A DNA stretch of 33,795 nucleotides from Terrimicrobiaceae bacterium (GCA_041752695.1 JBGSVZ010000032.1:1-33795), one strand, 5' to 3'. Counted from the stretch's first letter, positions 1 to 9,360 are shown. A program made the numbers and translations. Notes: generated by a model not told the origin, from the sequence alone.

Positions 1-117
1 CTCCGCCTCACCCAGCGCACCGTCAAATTCTTGCGCTGGTTGCGCGCCTCGCTCACCCGCGAGGCTCCCTGGCTCACTCTTATCGCTTCCCTTAGGCATT
101 CTTATGCTTCCATTTAG
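1..117 (+). mobile_element. 3' end of a probable IS4-family transposase (partial, runs off the left edge)
   Basis: Frame 1 reads LRLTQRTVKFLRWLRASLTREAPWLTLIASLRHSYASI, stop TAG at 115-117. This resembles C-termini of verrucomicrobial IS4-type transposases as I recall them, and an IR-like end follows directly. Not in the ORF track. Confidence 0.55.
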
Positions 118-138
118 CTTCTTCTTTCAACACCGTTG
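118..138. repeat. Putative right terminal inverted repeat of the IS
   Basis: CTTCTTCTTTCAACACCGTTG directly after the transposase stop; the sequence turns AT-rich from about here. The partner IR is outside the window. Confidence 0.45.
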
Positions 139-289
139 AAAGAACGCCTAGCACAAAATCTTCTTTCCTCTTGCTGGGATCCTCGGGTTTTATGGATAAC
201 GAATGCTTAGTTGGCAAACCGCAGCACATGCAAATCGGGGGCAAGTCCAGTAACTTAACTGTGTCGATGGCTAAAGGTTTTGAGTTCAT
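139..289 (-). pseudogene. 5' remnant of a small Cys-containing protein (LPPICMCCG) interrupted by the IS
   Basis: ORF 92..289. Its last residues (TVLKEEAKWKHKNA) are read from the reverse strand of the putative IS end, starting just as a hydrophobic segment (FVLGVLS) begins. Confidence 0.5.
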
Positions 290-366
290 GGTTGCTATCA
301 GCTAAGGATGTTTGCTCTCGGGAACCCTGGCTGTGGCGACGTGCAGGAGGTTTACTCGACTAGGAG

Positions 367-732
367 TTAGGCGCTTTTGCCTTCCGACTTGTCTCTCTGA
401 TTGCGTAGCTTCTGCCAGTAGTCGTGGGGACCAAAAAACAGCGCTAGTCCCATCAAAATATTCAACAGTGGAATAAGGTATAGTAAAAAAGTAATTGTGG
501 GCAACCCGAAATCCCTTATGCGCGGAATTACGACAAATGCAAAAAAGTAGCCTAAAACTAGCATAACCCAGGCAAGCATTATCCAGGCGGAAAACCATGT
601 GTTAGAAAATATATACATAATCAGTTTCCCTACAACGACGTATGAAAAAATAACGAGCACAAAACGGAAAAAGTATGCCAATCTTCCAAGTGTATATGGA
701 AAACATAAAGATTTATAATCGGCGGCTGTCAT
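367..732 (-). CDS. DUF805-like inner membrane protein
   Basis: 121 aa, about three hydrophobic segments, with GRLAYF, RIRDFG and LLYLIPLLNI motifs typical of DUF805/YhaH-like proteins. AT-rich. Confidence 0.7.
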   Translation of the reverse strand: MTAADYKSLCFPYTLGRLAYFFRFVLVIFSYVVVGKLIMYIFSNTWFSAWIMLAWVMLVLGYFFAFVVIPRIRDFGLPTITFLLYLIPLLNILMGLALFFGPHDYWQKLRNQRDKSEGKSA

Positions 733-811
733 ATTTGTGGTTTTTGAGCTAGACTGTAAATTTTAGTGTATGCGTAGCGATATGCAATTAAAATGAAGTC
801 CTGCATCTTAG

Positions 812-991
812 CAGTCCGCAAGGCTCTATCGCCACAAGATTTCCAAACTGCCTTATCAGGCAACGTTTTGGATCATCGTGCTCGCGTATCAGTTCGCAGC
901 GATCGATTTTCTGGTCGATGGGCGATTGTCACACGGTGTCGCCTCGGGAATTCAGGAGCTGCAAAAATCCGTCCGGGAAAAATGGCGATGA
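812..991 (+). pseudogene. 3' remnant of a DUF1294 (YsdA-like) membrane protein gene
   Basis: Manual translation after the in-frame TAG at 809-811: QSARLYRHKISKLPYQATFWIIVLAYQFAAIDFLVDGRLSHGVASGIQELQKSVREKWR, stop TGA at 989-991. RHKxxKxxF/YQxxFWxIV is the DUF1294 C-terminal signature. There is no start codon ahead of the motif. Confidence 0.6.
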
Positions 992-1121
992 CCCGGTTTT
1001 TTTCCCGTCTCGACGTTCCGTAGTATTGCTCATTTCCCGAGGGTCGGCCTGATGGGAATGCCGTGGTGTGCCCCGAATGACCCCGGGCACGCAGGATGCG
1101 ACAGTTCAACGATTCATCCGC

Positions 1122-1370
1122 ATGACTGCTCGATTTCTTTTCTCACTGGTTTGTGCCGCGTTTGTGACCCTCACTTCGCTCCGGGCGGAAATCCATGTTG
1201 ATGATCCCGTGATGGTCGCCGCGCTGAAAGATTATGCAGAATTCGCAGGCGAGCGGCCCCAGGCCAATAAGTCCAAGGTAAAAGCTTCTCCCGTTATTCT
1301 GGCGGTTTCGGATTTTTTGGGGCTCAACAAGCAGATTGCTGCCTCCGACCCTGGAAAGGCTGAAGAGTAG
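1122..1370 (+). CDS. Small exported hypothetical protein (possibly truncated)
   Basis: ATG at 1122 within ORF 1068..1370. MTARFLFSLVCAAFVTLTSLRA looks like a Sec signal peptide. Confidence 0.45.
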   Translation: MTARFLFSLVCAAFVTLTSLRAEIHVDDPVMVAALKDYAEFAGERPQANKSKVKASPVILAVSDFLGLNKQIAASDPGKAEE

Positions 1371-1385
1371 AATCGGCCGAAGGAC

Positions 1386-3701
1386 CTAGTTATCCGGCGG
1401 AAACTCCGGCGCCCAGCGGAGCCATTCGCGACGCGGTTCCGGAAAAAGCGGGAACTCGTGCCCGCGCCGCACGGGAGTCCCCATCGCATCCGGGGTGGCA
1501 AAGGAGATCCCCCCGTGCGCGAGGGCGTCCAGGGAAGCGCTCTGCACCTTGATGGCAAGGAATCCAAGGGACACTTTCACGCCGCCGGAATCCCAGAACT
1601 TCGTGTTTTCCCGAATCAGACGGTCGTAGGGTTTCTCAATAATAACACTCAAACCCACGCTGCGGCCGTCCGATGCCAGAACCTTGCGGCCTACCTTGCC
1701 AACGACCAGTCCGCGGTAGGAAACCGGCGCGTCCACGCTGATATTCGTTTGTGAGGTGGTGACCACCACTTCAAATCCGCGTTCCTCCTCCTGTTGGAAT
1801 TCCGCCTTGGCGGGCGAAACGCCGCGGAACGTGTCGGTCAGTTTCCCGCCCTCGGACGGAACGCATTCAATGTAAATCCCGCTCACCAGGGTTTCCAAAC
1901 CGCTCACGCCGTTGAGCGAGACATTCAGGCGGACGATGGAAAAATCGGAGCCTTCGCGGCGCAGGTGGTCGGTGCCGGGATTCAGGCGGACGACCGCCTC
2001 GACGGTGTTCTGTGTTGTCGTGACCGATTCCACCAGGCCGACGGGCACCCCGAGGTGGCGCACCTGGGTTTGCCCCGCGAGCAGTCCCTGACCATTTTCA
2101 AAGCTGATGCGGATGGGAGGAGAGGTTGCGCGCGCGGCAGTCTCATTGGCGAAGAGGGCAAATTTCGCGCCTGGGGCCGAGGGGGCCTCCGGTGCGCCCA
2201 TCACATCAAAGGCGATCCCTCCCTGCACCAGCGTTTCGAGGTTGGCGACATCGATGTTCAGCAGCCCCGGCCCAGCCTGGACCGAGGTGGCCGGCACGTT
2301 CCAAAACCGGGCGTTGGCCACGACGGCGGGCACAAATTCCTTGCGGATTACCACGTCGAGATAGGGTTCGTTGCTGGCATCGAGCGCGCGGCTTTTCACC
2401 CGCCCGGCGATGAGTCCGCGATACAGGATGGGGGCGTGCTCGCCGAGCGCGGGCAGATTTTTGGCATGAAGGGTGAGACGGATTCCGTCGCGTTCCGCCA
2501 GCGCAGTGACGAGGTCCTCGTCGGCGAGGGCCCGTCCGGCAAAATTTCGCGCCAGCTCCGTCCCACTGCCCGGTGCGCAGTCGATGTAAACGCCGGTGAC
2601 CAGAGTTTCGAGACCCGAAATGCCTTCCAGCGAAACCCGGGGACGCACCAGGGTGAAAACCGCTCCGGCCGTGTGGAGGTGCTCGAACTCGGGTTGGAAC
2701 CGCACCACCGTGTCCACCGTTGCTTCCGCCACGTTCAGAGTGGCAGATTCGACAAATCCCACCGGCACTCCGAGATAGCGCACTTCAGTCTGCCCAGCCT
2801 CGATGCCTTGGCCATTGCGGAAGGAAATTTGGACAGGCTCGCCGGTGGCCCGGGCCGTGGCCGGATCGGGGTAGAGGGTAAACTCCGCCTCGTCGCGCGT
2901 GGGTTCGCCCGGCGCTCCGAAGGTGTCGAACTCCACTCCTCCAAGCAAAATCGTTTTGAGGCCCATCAAGTCAAGTTTCACGCCCCCCTGGCTCACTTTG
3001 AGCGACGCGGCCGGCACGGGCCAGAACCGGGCATTGCTGCGCACCGTGGCGGCAAATTCCTGGTCCACCACGACGTTCAGATACGGACGTCCCGTGTCGT
3101 CGAGCGCCTTATCTTCCACGGCGCCAACTTGCACCCCGCGGTAAAACACGGCGGCGCCGCGGTCGAGAAACGGGATGTTGGCCGCCCGCAATCTCAGGGT
3201 GAGGGCGGGCGATTCGAGGGGGGTTAGCGGCACGCGATCGCGCCCAACGAACTTCGTTGCGGGCGGGCCTCCGCCCGAGCGAGCCTGGAGGGAGTTTCCC
3301 TGAATCAGGGCGTCGAGACCGGATGTTTCCGCGAGTCCGAGCACCGGCTGATCAATCCAGAAAATCGTCCCCTGCCGCGCCAGCTCCGCGGCAAAGGCCT
3401 TGAGCCGCACTACCACAACCACCTTGTCCAACTCCGCGTCGAGCCGCACGCCCGTGACGATCCCCGCCGTCACCCCGCGGTAAAAGAGTGGCGTCTTGCC
3501 CGCCTGAATGCCTGGCGCGGATTCGAACTGCACCTCGATCACCGGGCCGTTCGATTTCCAGTCCGACCAAAATAGCCAGACGGTGGCCGCCGCCGCGATC
3601 ACCGGAAAAAGCCACGCCCACGAGATGCGCAGGCCGGGGCGGTTCACGACTTCGCCGTGGTCTTCGGGGTCCGGGGTTTCCGGGATTTTTTCGTCGCTCA
3701 T
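1386..3701 (-). CDS. letB: LetB/YebT-like multi-MCE (MlaD) lipid transport protein with six MCE domains
   Basis: Likely start MSDEKIP at 3701, overlapping the upstream stop as ATGA. N-terminal TM (ISWAWLFPVIAAAATVWLFW), six repeats of the MCE core (Y/H)(R/L)G(V/L)xxGxV, and a LetB-like C-terminus EFPLFPEPRREWLRWAPEF. Confidence 0.85.
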   Translation of the reverse strand: MSDEKIPETPDPEDHGEVVNRPGLRISWAWLFPVIAAAATVWLFWSDWKSNGPVIEVQFESAPGIQAGKTPLFYRGVTAGIVTGVRLDAELDKVVVVVRLKAFAAELARQGTIFWIDQPVLGLAETSGLDALIQGNSLQARSGGGPPATKFVGRDRVPLTPLESPALTLRLRAANIPFLDRGAAVFYRGVQVGAVEDKALDDTGRPYLNVVVDQEFAATVRSNARFWPVPAASLKVSQGGVKLDLMGLKTILLGGVEFDTFGAPGEPTRDEAEFTLYPDPATARATGEPVQISFRNGQGIEAGQTEVRYLGVPVGFVESATLNVAEATVDTVVRFQPEFEHLHTAGAVFTLVRPRVSLEGISGLETLVTGVYIDCAPGSGTELARNFAGRALADEDLVTALAERDGIRLTLHAKNLPALGEHAPILYRGLIAGRVKSRALDASNEPYLDVVIRKEFVPAVVANARFWNVPATSVQAGPGLLNIDVANLETLVQGGIAFDVMGAPEAPSAPGAKFALFANETAARATSPPIRISFENGQGLLAGQTQVRHLGVPVGLVESVTTTQNTVEAVVRLNPGTDHLRREGSDFSIVRLNVSLNGVSGLETLVSGIYIECVPSEGGKLTDTFRGVSPAKAEFQQEEERGFEVVVTTSQTNISVDAPVSYRGLVVGKVGRKVLASDGRSVGLSVIIEKPYDRLIRENTKFWDSGGVKVSLGFLAIKVQSASLDALAHGGISFATPDAMGTPVRRGHEFPLFPEPRREWLRWAPEFPPDN

Positions 3702-4195
3702 GCTGCCCTCTTGGTCTGCCAGATCATCCGCGAGTTGTAACTCTCCGAAGCAAAGAGGGTGCAAACCAGCACCGCGGCGAAAAAGAGCGCCCCCGGCTGC
3801 GCCTGCACGCTGGCCAGCACCCCGAGCTGTCCGACCGCCACCAGAATCGAAAGGAGAAAAATATCCACCATCGACCAGCTTCCCACCGTGTGAACGATGC
3901 GGCGCAGGGCCCCCCGCTGACGCTGCCCGACCGGCCTGCCATGCATCAGCAACAGCCAGCTCAGCGCGGCAAGTTTGCAAAAGGGCACCACGATGCTGGC
4001 GAGAAAGACAATCCCCGCAACCGGCGCGAGACCCGAATCATACAATTCCTGCACGCCGCCCATCACAGTGAGCGGCTCAACGTCGCCCACCACCGTCATG
4101 GTCATCACCGGGAGAATGTTGGCCGGCACGTAAAGAATCAGCCCTGCCACCACCAAGGCCTGCGCCGTTTGCAACCGCCGGGAGTCCTCGGTCAT
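3698..4195 (-). CDS. pqiA: PqiA/LetA family protein, C-terminal half
   Basis: LYVPANILPVM, IVFLASIVVPFCKL and VGSWSMVDIF motifs. 4-nt overlaps with both neighbours. Confidence 0.88.
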   Translation of the reverse strand: MTEDSRRLQTAQALVVAGLILYVPANILPVMTMTVVGDVEPLTVMGGVQELYDSGLAPVAGIVFLASIVVPFCKLAALSWLLLMHGRPVGQRQRGALRRIVHTVGSWSMVDIFLLSILVAVGQLGVLASVQAQPGALFFAAVLVCTLFASESYNSRMIWQTKRAA

Positions 4196-4827
4196 GCCAG
4201 ATCCTCCAGGTGCTTTTCCACCAGTCCGCGGTCAAAAAATTGCACCGCGAGCAGCGAACACAGTGACAGCGCCAACACCCAGCCGGCACCCACCTGCCAG
4301 GCCACGGTGCCCAGCATGTCGAGTTTGACCACTGCCACCACCGTTGCGACGGCGTAGACCGGCACGAGATTCCACGACTCCATCACTTCGGCCAACCGCA
4401 CCGCGCGGGGCAACCCCGGCCAGCGCCGCCTGAGACAACAGGCCGCCGCCACATACCAGACCGCCGCCAGGTGGAGCACCGGCCCTGCGATGCCCGCAAA
4501 AAAAACCAGCATCGCCACCGGCCAATACCCTTGGCCGAAGAGATTGAGTACGCCGGAAATGATGAGATTAGACTGTGTGTTTCCCGCCACATCGAAAGTC
4601 AGGATCGGGTTCACATTGGCGAGGAGAATGAGCAGCAGTCCCGTGGATGCCATGGCCCAGGCGGGCTGTAGGGATTTTGTTCCCGTCTCCCGCCGCACCA
4701 CCACCCCACATCGTTTGCAGCGCAGCGACGCCTTCGCCGGAAGCTCGCGATGACGGCACGACGCCTCACATTCCGGACAGGAAACCCACCGAGGGGACTC
4801 CACGGCGATTGGGTGGTGAACAGACAT
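4192..4827 (-). CDS. pqiA: PqiA/LetA family protein, N-terminal half with zinc ribbon
   Basis: CPEC...CKRCG ribbon, LANVNPIL, and WNLVPVY...VAVVKL motifs. Confidence 0.85.
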   Translation of the reverse strand: MSVHHPIAVESPRWVSCPECEASCRHRELPAKASLRCKRCGVVVRRETGTKSLQPAWAMASTGLLLILLANVNPILTFDVAGNTQSNLIISGVLNLFGQGYWPVAMLVFFAGIAGPVLHLAAVWYVAAACCLRRRWPGLPRAVRLAEVMESWNLVPVYAVATVVAVVKLDMLGTVAWQVGAGWVLALSLCSLLAVQFFDRGLVEKHLEDLA

Positions 4828-5030
4828 GCGGACTGGGTTCTACCCTGATTCCCCCGGCCGCGCGAGCTGACATTTTTCCAAAACCGCGGGTCCTCGCTTT
4901 TTACAATAAATGTCCCACCTGCGACATTTATTGTTAACGGCGAAACGCCTAAAAACTTGTCGGTGGGCTGGGGAGGCTTGCTCCGCGGGAGCCGTTGGGG
5001 GGGGCGGGGGATGTCCGGTTTTTCGGAGGG

Positions 5031-5657
5031 CTACACTTTTAACCCAAAAAACCGCAGGATCTGGTCGCCGAGGAAAATGACGACGGCGCAATTTGCTCCG
5101 GCGCCGATGGCCACGCCGAGCATGGTTTTTTTGAAGTCCACGCGAAGGACACCGCAGACATAGACCATGAGGTCGGTGGGAGTGACAGGAAAAAGACACC
5201 ACGCGATGATGACCGGGAGTTCGCGTTGGTGGAGCAGGGTGTTCACACGCTCCATCATCTGGGCGTAGCGTTTGCTGAAAACTTCCTCGAGGTGTAGCGA
5301 ACCCGAGAACCAGTAGATGATGGCGGAGGATACCAGAATTCCGGCCAGGGTGAGGACGAAAAGCGGGACCGGTGGAAAAAAGGCGATGCCTAGGAGAAGG
5401 AGCGGGGCCGCGGGCATGAAGGTGAACCCGCGCAGGCTGCTGAGGAGCAGGTACAGAAAGCCGGCGGCAAACATCGAGACCGACATGGCTTCGCGGAGTT
5501 CCTCCTGCACAGCTTCACGCCGGAAGAAAAACACCCAGGCGGTGGCACCTGCCACGACGGCCCAGACCGTGAGGAGAATGATGCGATTTCGGCGATGGCT
5601 GGCGACAGGAGGAGACGGATCGGCCTCGGTTTCCTCGGTTTGTGTCATGCCCTGCAT
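5031..5657 (-). CDS. TVP38/TMEM64 (DedA superfamily, VTT domain) membrane protein
   Basis: Multiple TMs, LRGFTFMP, and FPVTPTDLMVYVCG matching the P..P.D...Y..G motif. Alternative start at 5648. Confidence 0.8.
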   Translation of the reverse strand: MQGMTQTEETEADPSPPVASHRRNRIILLTVWAVVAGATAWVFFFRREAVQEELREAMSVSMFAAGFLYLLLSSLRGFTFMPAAPLLLLGIAFFPPVPLFVLTLAGILVSSAIIYWFSGSLHLEEVFSKRYAQMMERVNTLLHQRELPVIIAWCLFPVTPTDLMVYVCGVLRVDFKKTMLGVAIGAGANCAVVIFLGDQILRFFGLKV

Positions 5658-5765
5658 CCCTGCGGATTAGAGGGAAATCGGAAATCTTGCAACCTGCGAC
5701 CGCGGTCGGCCCCGGTCTTTGGCATCGACGCGGTCGTGATTCGGTCCTATGTTTCGCGGTTTGTC

Positions 5766-6521
5766 ATGACTCCGATTTTGCTGAGTTTGTTGGTGTTCGT
5801 CTGTGTCTTTGGAGCCGGATGGCTGGCGACGCGGGTGCGCTCCCGGCTGCCGGAGCACCACTTGTCGTCGGACACCAAGGATACGGTGAAACTCGCCATG
5901 GGACTCGTGGCGACGATGACGGCGCTCATTCTCGGGCTGCTTGTGGCGTCCGCGAAAAGCTCCTACGATACCCAGAAGAGCGCGGTGATCGCCGCCGCGG
6001 CCAAGTTGATCGTGCTGGATCTGGGGCTGGCTCATTACGGTCCCGAGACGGCGGCGGCGCGTTCCGACCTTCGCGAGGCCGTGGAGGATATGGCAGCGAA
6101 GCTCTGGCCGAAGGCCGGGAGCGAGCACGCCCGTCTCGATCCCAATACCCTGGCGGGCAACCGGGTTTACCAGGCCATTGAGGCACTGACTCCCCAGACC
6201 GACAGCCAGCGGGAATTGAAATCCCAGGTCCGGAACTGGAGCATCGAAATCGGCCAGATGCGCTGGTTGCTTTTCGCCCAGTCTGGCAGCGCGATTTCGG
6301 AACCCCTTCTGCTCGTGGTGGTCTGCTGGCTTTCCATTTTGTTTTTTAGCTTCGGATTGTTTGCCCCACCCAACCCCACCGCCTTGATGGCCATTCTGAT
6401 CGCCGCGATCTCCGTCTCAGGGGCGATTTTTCTCATCCTGGAACTCGATCATCCCTTTGACGGACTCATCCATATTCCCAGCCGGGCGATGGATATCGCC
6501 CTGGAGCATTTGGGAAAATAG
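5766..6521 (+). CDS. DUF4239 / bestrophin-like membrane protein
   Basis: ATG at 5766. LPEHHLSSDTKDTVKLAMGLVATMTALILGLLVASAK and FLILELDHPFDG motifs. Confidence 0.75.
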   Translation: MTPILLSLLVFVCVFGAGWLATRVRSRLPEHHLSSDTKDTVKLAMGLVATMTALILGLLVASAKSSYDTQKSAVIAAAAKLIVLDLGLAHYGPETAAARSDLREAVEDMAAKLWPKAGSEHARLDPNTLAGNRVYQAIEALTPQTDSQRELKSQVRNWSIEIGQMRWLLFAQSGSAISEPLLLVVVCWLSILFFSFGLFAPPNPTALMAILIAAISVSGAIFLILELDHPFDGLIHIPSRAMDIALEHLGK

Positions 6522-6579
6522 GACTGCCCAAATCCGTGCTCGCCCCGCGAAGGCACCTGTGTATGCTGCGCGCTTTTCC

Positions 6580-7956
6580 ATGATTTCGCGTCGCTTTTGG
6601 CAGAGTGTTTCCCTGGTTGCGCTGCTGGGCCTTTCCGGCTGTGTCAATCCCATCAATCCCCTGGGCAAGTTTGATCCAACACCCAAGCTCACCGGTCCGC
6701 GTCCCGCCCCGCGCCTCTCGGAGAAATTCGCCTGGGGCATCTCGACGGCCAGCTACCAATACGAAGATCCGGCGGTGAAACCTGGGGAGAAAAATTATTT
6801 CTCCACGGACTGGGACATCTCGATCGCACAGGGCAAGGCCCCGGAAAAGGGCAACGCACTCTACACCTGGACGCATTTCGAGAAGGACCTCGAGGCATTG
6901 AAAAAAATCCGTCCCACGCATTATCGGTTCAGCATCGAATGGGCGCGGGTCGAACCGCAGCCCGGCGTCTACAATGAGGAAGCGATTCGCGGTTACGTGG
7001 CCATGGCGCGCAAGCTGAAGGAAATGGGCATCGAACCGGTGGTGTGCCTTTGGCATTTCACGTTTCCTGCCTGGCTTTACGACACCAAGACCCCCGGCAA
7101 TTCGAACTGGCTGCATCCCCTGGCCCGCACGCGGTGGAATGCCTATGTGGAGCGCATGGTGCGCGAGACGGCGCCCTACACCAAGTTTTACGCGCCGCAA
7201 AATGAGCCGAACGGCCAGATTACTACGGCGTACATCGTGGCCCAGTGGCCTCCCGGAATGACCCTGGCGTTCGGCCATTATTGGAAAGCCATCGACGCGA
7301 GCACGGGCATGTTCCGCGACGCGGCGGCGCGCATCAAGGCGATCAAGCCCTCCGCGAAGGTCGTCAGCGTGGAAGCACTGCCCTGGTGGGAGCGCGCGCC
7401 GCTGGATCCGGGCGGGTTGATTTACAACACCATGATCCATGGCAACACGGACCACCTCGACCGTATTTACGATGTCTGCGACATCGTCGGGATCAACTAT
7501 TACTACTCGCAGGCCCCCGGCCCGATCTCGCTGCTGGCCGGACCCTCCCGCCGCGGACATAATTTCACCATGATGGGCTGGCGGATCGATCCGGAAGGGC
7601 TCTATAAAGAAATCCGCCGCGTGGGGGATCGTTACGGAAAACCCATGATGATCACAGAAAATGGCATCGCCACGCCGGACGATGAAAAACGCGTCTGGTA
7701 TATGCAAAACCACCTCGCCGCCATCGGCCGGGCGATTCGCGACGGTTACGACGTGCGGGGGTATTTTGCCTGGTCGCTGGCCGACAATTACGAGTGGCAC
7801 TATGGCTACTCGGCCACCTTCGGGCTTTCCACCATGAATCCCAAAACCTACGTGCGGGAACTCAAGCCGTCCGCCGGGAAGTTCGCCGAAATCATCCGGG
7901 CGAAACCCACCGTCAAGGCCGTGACGACGATCCCGCCGAAAGCGGATTTTCGCTGA
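6580..7956 (+). CDS. Glycoside hydrolase family 1 (beta-glycosidase), predicted lipoprotein
   Basis: WGISTASYQYE, YRFSIEWARVEP, acid/base NEP, nucleophile ITENG and WSLADNYEW. N-terminus MISRRFWQSVSLVALLGLSG-C carries a lipobox. Confidence 0.9.
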   Translation: MISRRFWQSVSLVALLGLSGCVNPINPLGKFDPTPKLTGPRPAPRLSEKFAWGISTASYQYEDPAVKPGEKNYFSTDWDISIAQGKAPEKGNALYTWTHFEKDLEALKKIRPTHYRFSIEWARVEPQPGVYNEEAIRGYVAMARKLKEMGIEPVVCLWHFTFPAWLYDTKTPGNSNWLHPLARTRWNAYVERMVRETAPYTKFYAPQNEPNGQITTAYIVAQWPPGMTLAFGHYWKAIDASTGMFRDAAARIKAIKPSAKVVSVEALPWWERAPLDPGGLIYNTMIHGNTDHLDRIYDVCDIVGINYYYSQAPGPISLLAGPSRRGHNFTMMGWRIDPEGLYKEIRRVGDRYGKPMMITENGIATPDDEKRVWYMQNHLAAIGRAIRDGYDVRGYFAWSLADNYEWHYGYSATFGLSTMNPKTYVRELKPSAGKFAEIIRAKPTVKAVTTIPPKADFR

Positions 7957-7957
7957 G

Positions 7958-8212
7958 GCGGAAGGGGTTGGAGGGGGCGGGAGATTCTGGGTCCGCAAAC
8001 CGGGTTGCATGCCAGGAAAAATCCCGAGCATGGCGGAGCGTTGGAGTCCACGCTTTAGCGTGCGCCCTCCCGGGCAGCCTAAAGGCTGGACACCAACGCC
8101 AGGAGGGCAATTCCCGCGCCATGGGCGCATTGCCAGTTCGGGCACACTTTTGAATGCCCGGGAGGGCAATTCCCGCGCCCTAGGGATTTCGCACCTCCGC
8201 AACCCTTCCGCC
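7958..8212. repeat. Composite REP-like palindromic element
   Basis: Imperfect terminal IR (GGCGGAAGGGGTTGGAGG ... CCTCCGCAACCCTTCCGCC), inner hairpin GCGTTGGAGTCCA...TGGACACCAACGC, and a 19-nt direct repeat GGAGGGCAATTCCCGCGCC at 8102 and 8161. Confidence 0.65.
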
Positions 8213-8242
8213 GGAAGTTTTTCGGGTGCCCTCAAAATTTCC

Positions 8243-8251
8243 TGCTATGCT
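8243..8251 (+). promoter_or_regulatory. Putative extended -10 promoter for lpxD
   Basis: TG-C-TATGCT matches TGnTAnnnT, about 85 nt upstream of the lpxD ATG. Confidence 0.35.
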
Positions 8252-8334
8252 CGGCCCGGGAACGAGGTGGAACTCACAAGCCGGTCTTGGGGATATCCGC
8301 ACAACACCGCTCCCCCAACATCTTTTTTTCATCC

Positions 8335-9360
8335 ATGCCCATTACAGCCACTCAAATCGCGGAACTGATCGACGGAGAAATCAGCGGAGACGGGGACGTT
8401 GAAATCACCGGTTTTGCGCCTGCCGACAACGCCAAGGCCGGCGACCTCACCTTTGCGGACAAGGAGCGCCACTTCCAGGCTGCGGAGAAAAGCCAGGCGG
8501 CCGCCATCCTGGTTTCCGGCCCCTTCACCTCCGCCGAAAAGACCCTCATCCGTGTCGCCAGCCCGCGCGTGGCCATGGCGAGGTTGTTGCCTCATTTTTT
8601 TCCGCAGGACACCCACGCCCCCGGCGTGCATGCCACGGCGGTGATTGCCGCCACGGCGCAGGTCGACCCCTCCGCCCACATCGGACCTCATGTCGTGATC
8701 GGGGAAAATGTCCGCATCGGCGCGCGCACCGCCCTGCTTGGTGGGAATCATGTCGGACGCGACTGCACCATCGGTGACGATTCTTGCCTGCATCCCGGGG
8801 TGGTGGTTTATCACCGCTGCAAGATCGGCAGCCGCGTGAGCATACACTCCGGCACGGTGATCGGAGCCGATGGCTTCGGGTACATTTTTGACGAAGGCCG
8901 GCACCGCAAGGTGCTGCAGGTCGGCGACGTGGTCATTCAGGACGATGTGGAAATTGGGGCCGGGACCACGGTGGACCGCGGCGCGCTCGGTTCGACCGTG
9001 GTCGGGCAGGGGACCAAAATCGACAACCTCGTCCACATTGCCCACAACGTGAAAATCGGGACCAACTCCATCATCATGGGCCAGGTGGGCATCGCTGGCA
9101 GCAGCGAGGTGGGGCACTACAGTGTGGTGGCTTCGCAGACGGGCATTGCCGGACATTTGAAAATCGGCAGCCAGGTCACCATCGGCGCGAAGTCCGGCCT
9201 GATGCGCGATGTGCCCGACGGCAGCAAAGTGCTGGGCGTTCCCGCCGTGCCGGACAAACAAACCAAACGCCAGTGGCTCGCCGTCCAACAACTCCCCGAG
9301 CTGATTAAACGCGTGCGCGCTTTGGAGAAGGAACTCGCGGCGTTGTCCCCGGAATCTTAG
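8335..9360 (+). CDS. lpxD: UDP-3-O-(3-hydroxyacyl)glucosamine N-acyltransferase
   Basis: LpxD N-domain, hexapeptide repeats, [21 protein letters not shown] and [13 protein letters not shown]. Confidence 0.95.
   Translation: MPITATQIAELIDGEISGDGDVEITGFAPADNAKAGDLTFADKERHFQAAEKSQAAAILVSGPFTSAEKTLIRVASPRVAMARLLPHFFPQDTHAPGVHATAVIAATAQVDPSAHIGPHVVIGENVRIGARTALLGGNHVGRDCTIGDDSCLHPGVVVYHRCKIGSRVSIHSGTVIGADGFGYIFDEGRHRKVLQVGDVVIQDDVEIGAGTTVDRGALGSTVVGQGTKIDNLVHIAHNVKIGTNSIIMGQVGIAGSSEVGHYSVVASQTGIAGHLKIGSQVTIGAKSGLMRDVPDGSKVLGVPAVPDKQTKRQWLAVQQLPELIKRVRALEKELAALSPES

Noticed and set aside
1794..3227. Long antisense ORFs (also 6466-8235, 8329-9528, 9559-11322, 14082-14954, 16418-17977, 18068-19462, 20575-21495)
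   Set aside because: Shadow frames opposite well-supported genes, expected from high-GC codon bias, with no recognisable motifs.
3702..3980. N-terminal 93 aa of the 864-aa ORF
   Set aside because: Overlaps the pqiA half-gene in another frame; the ATGA-coupled start at 3701 fits better.
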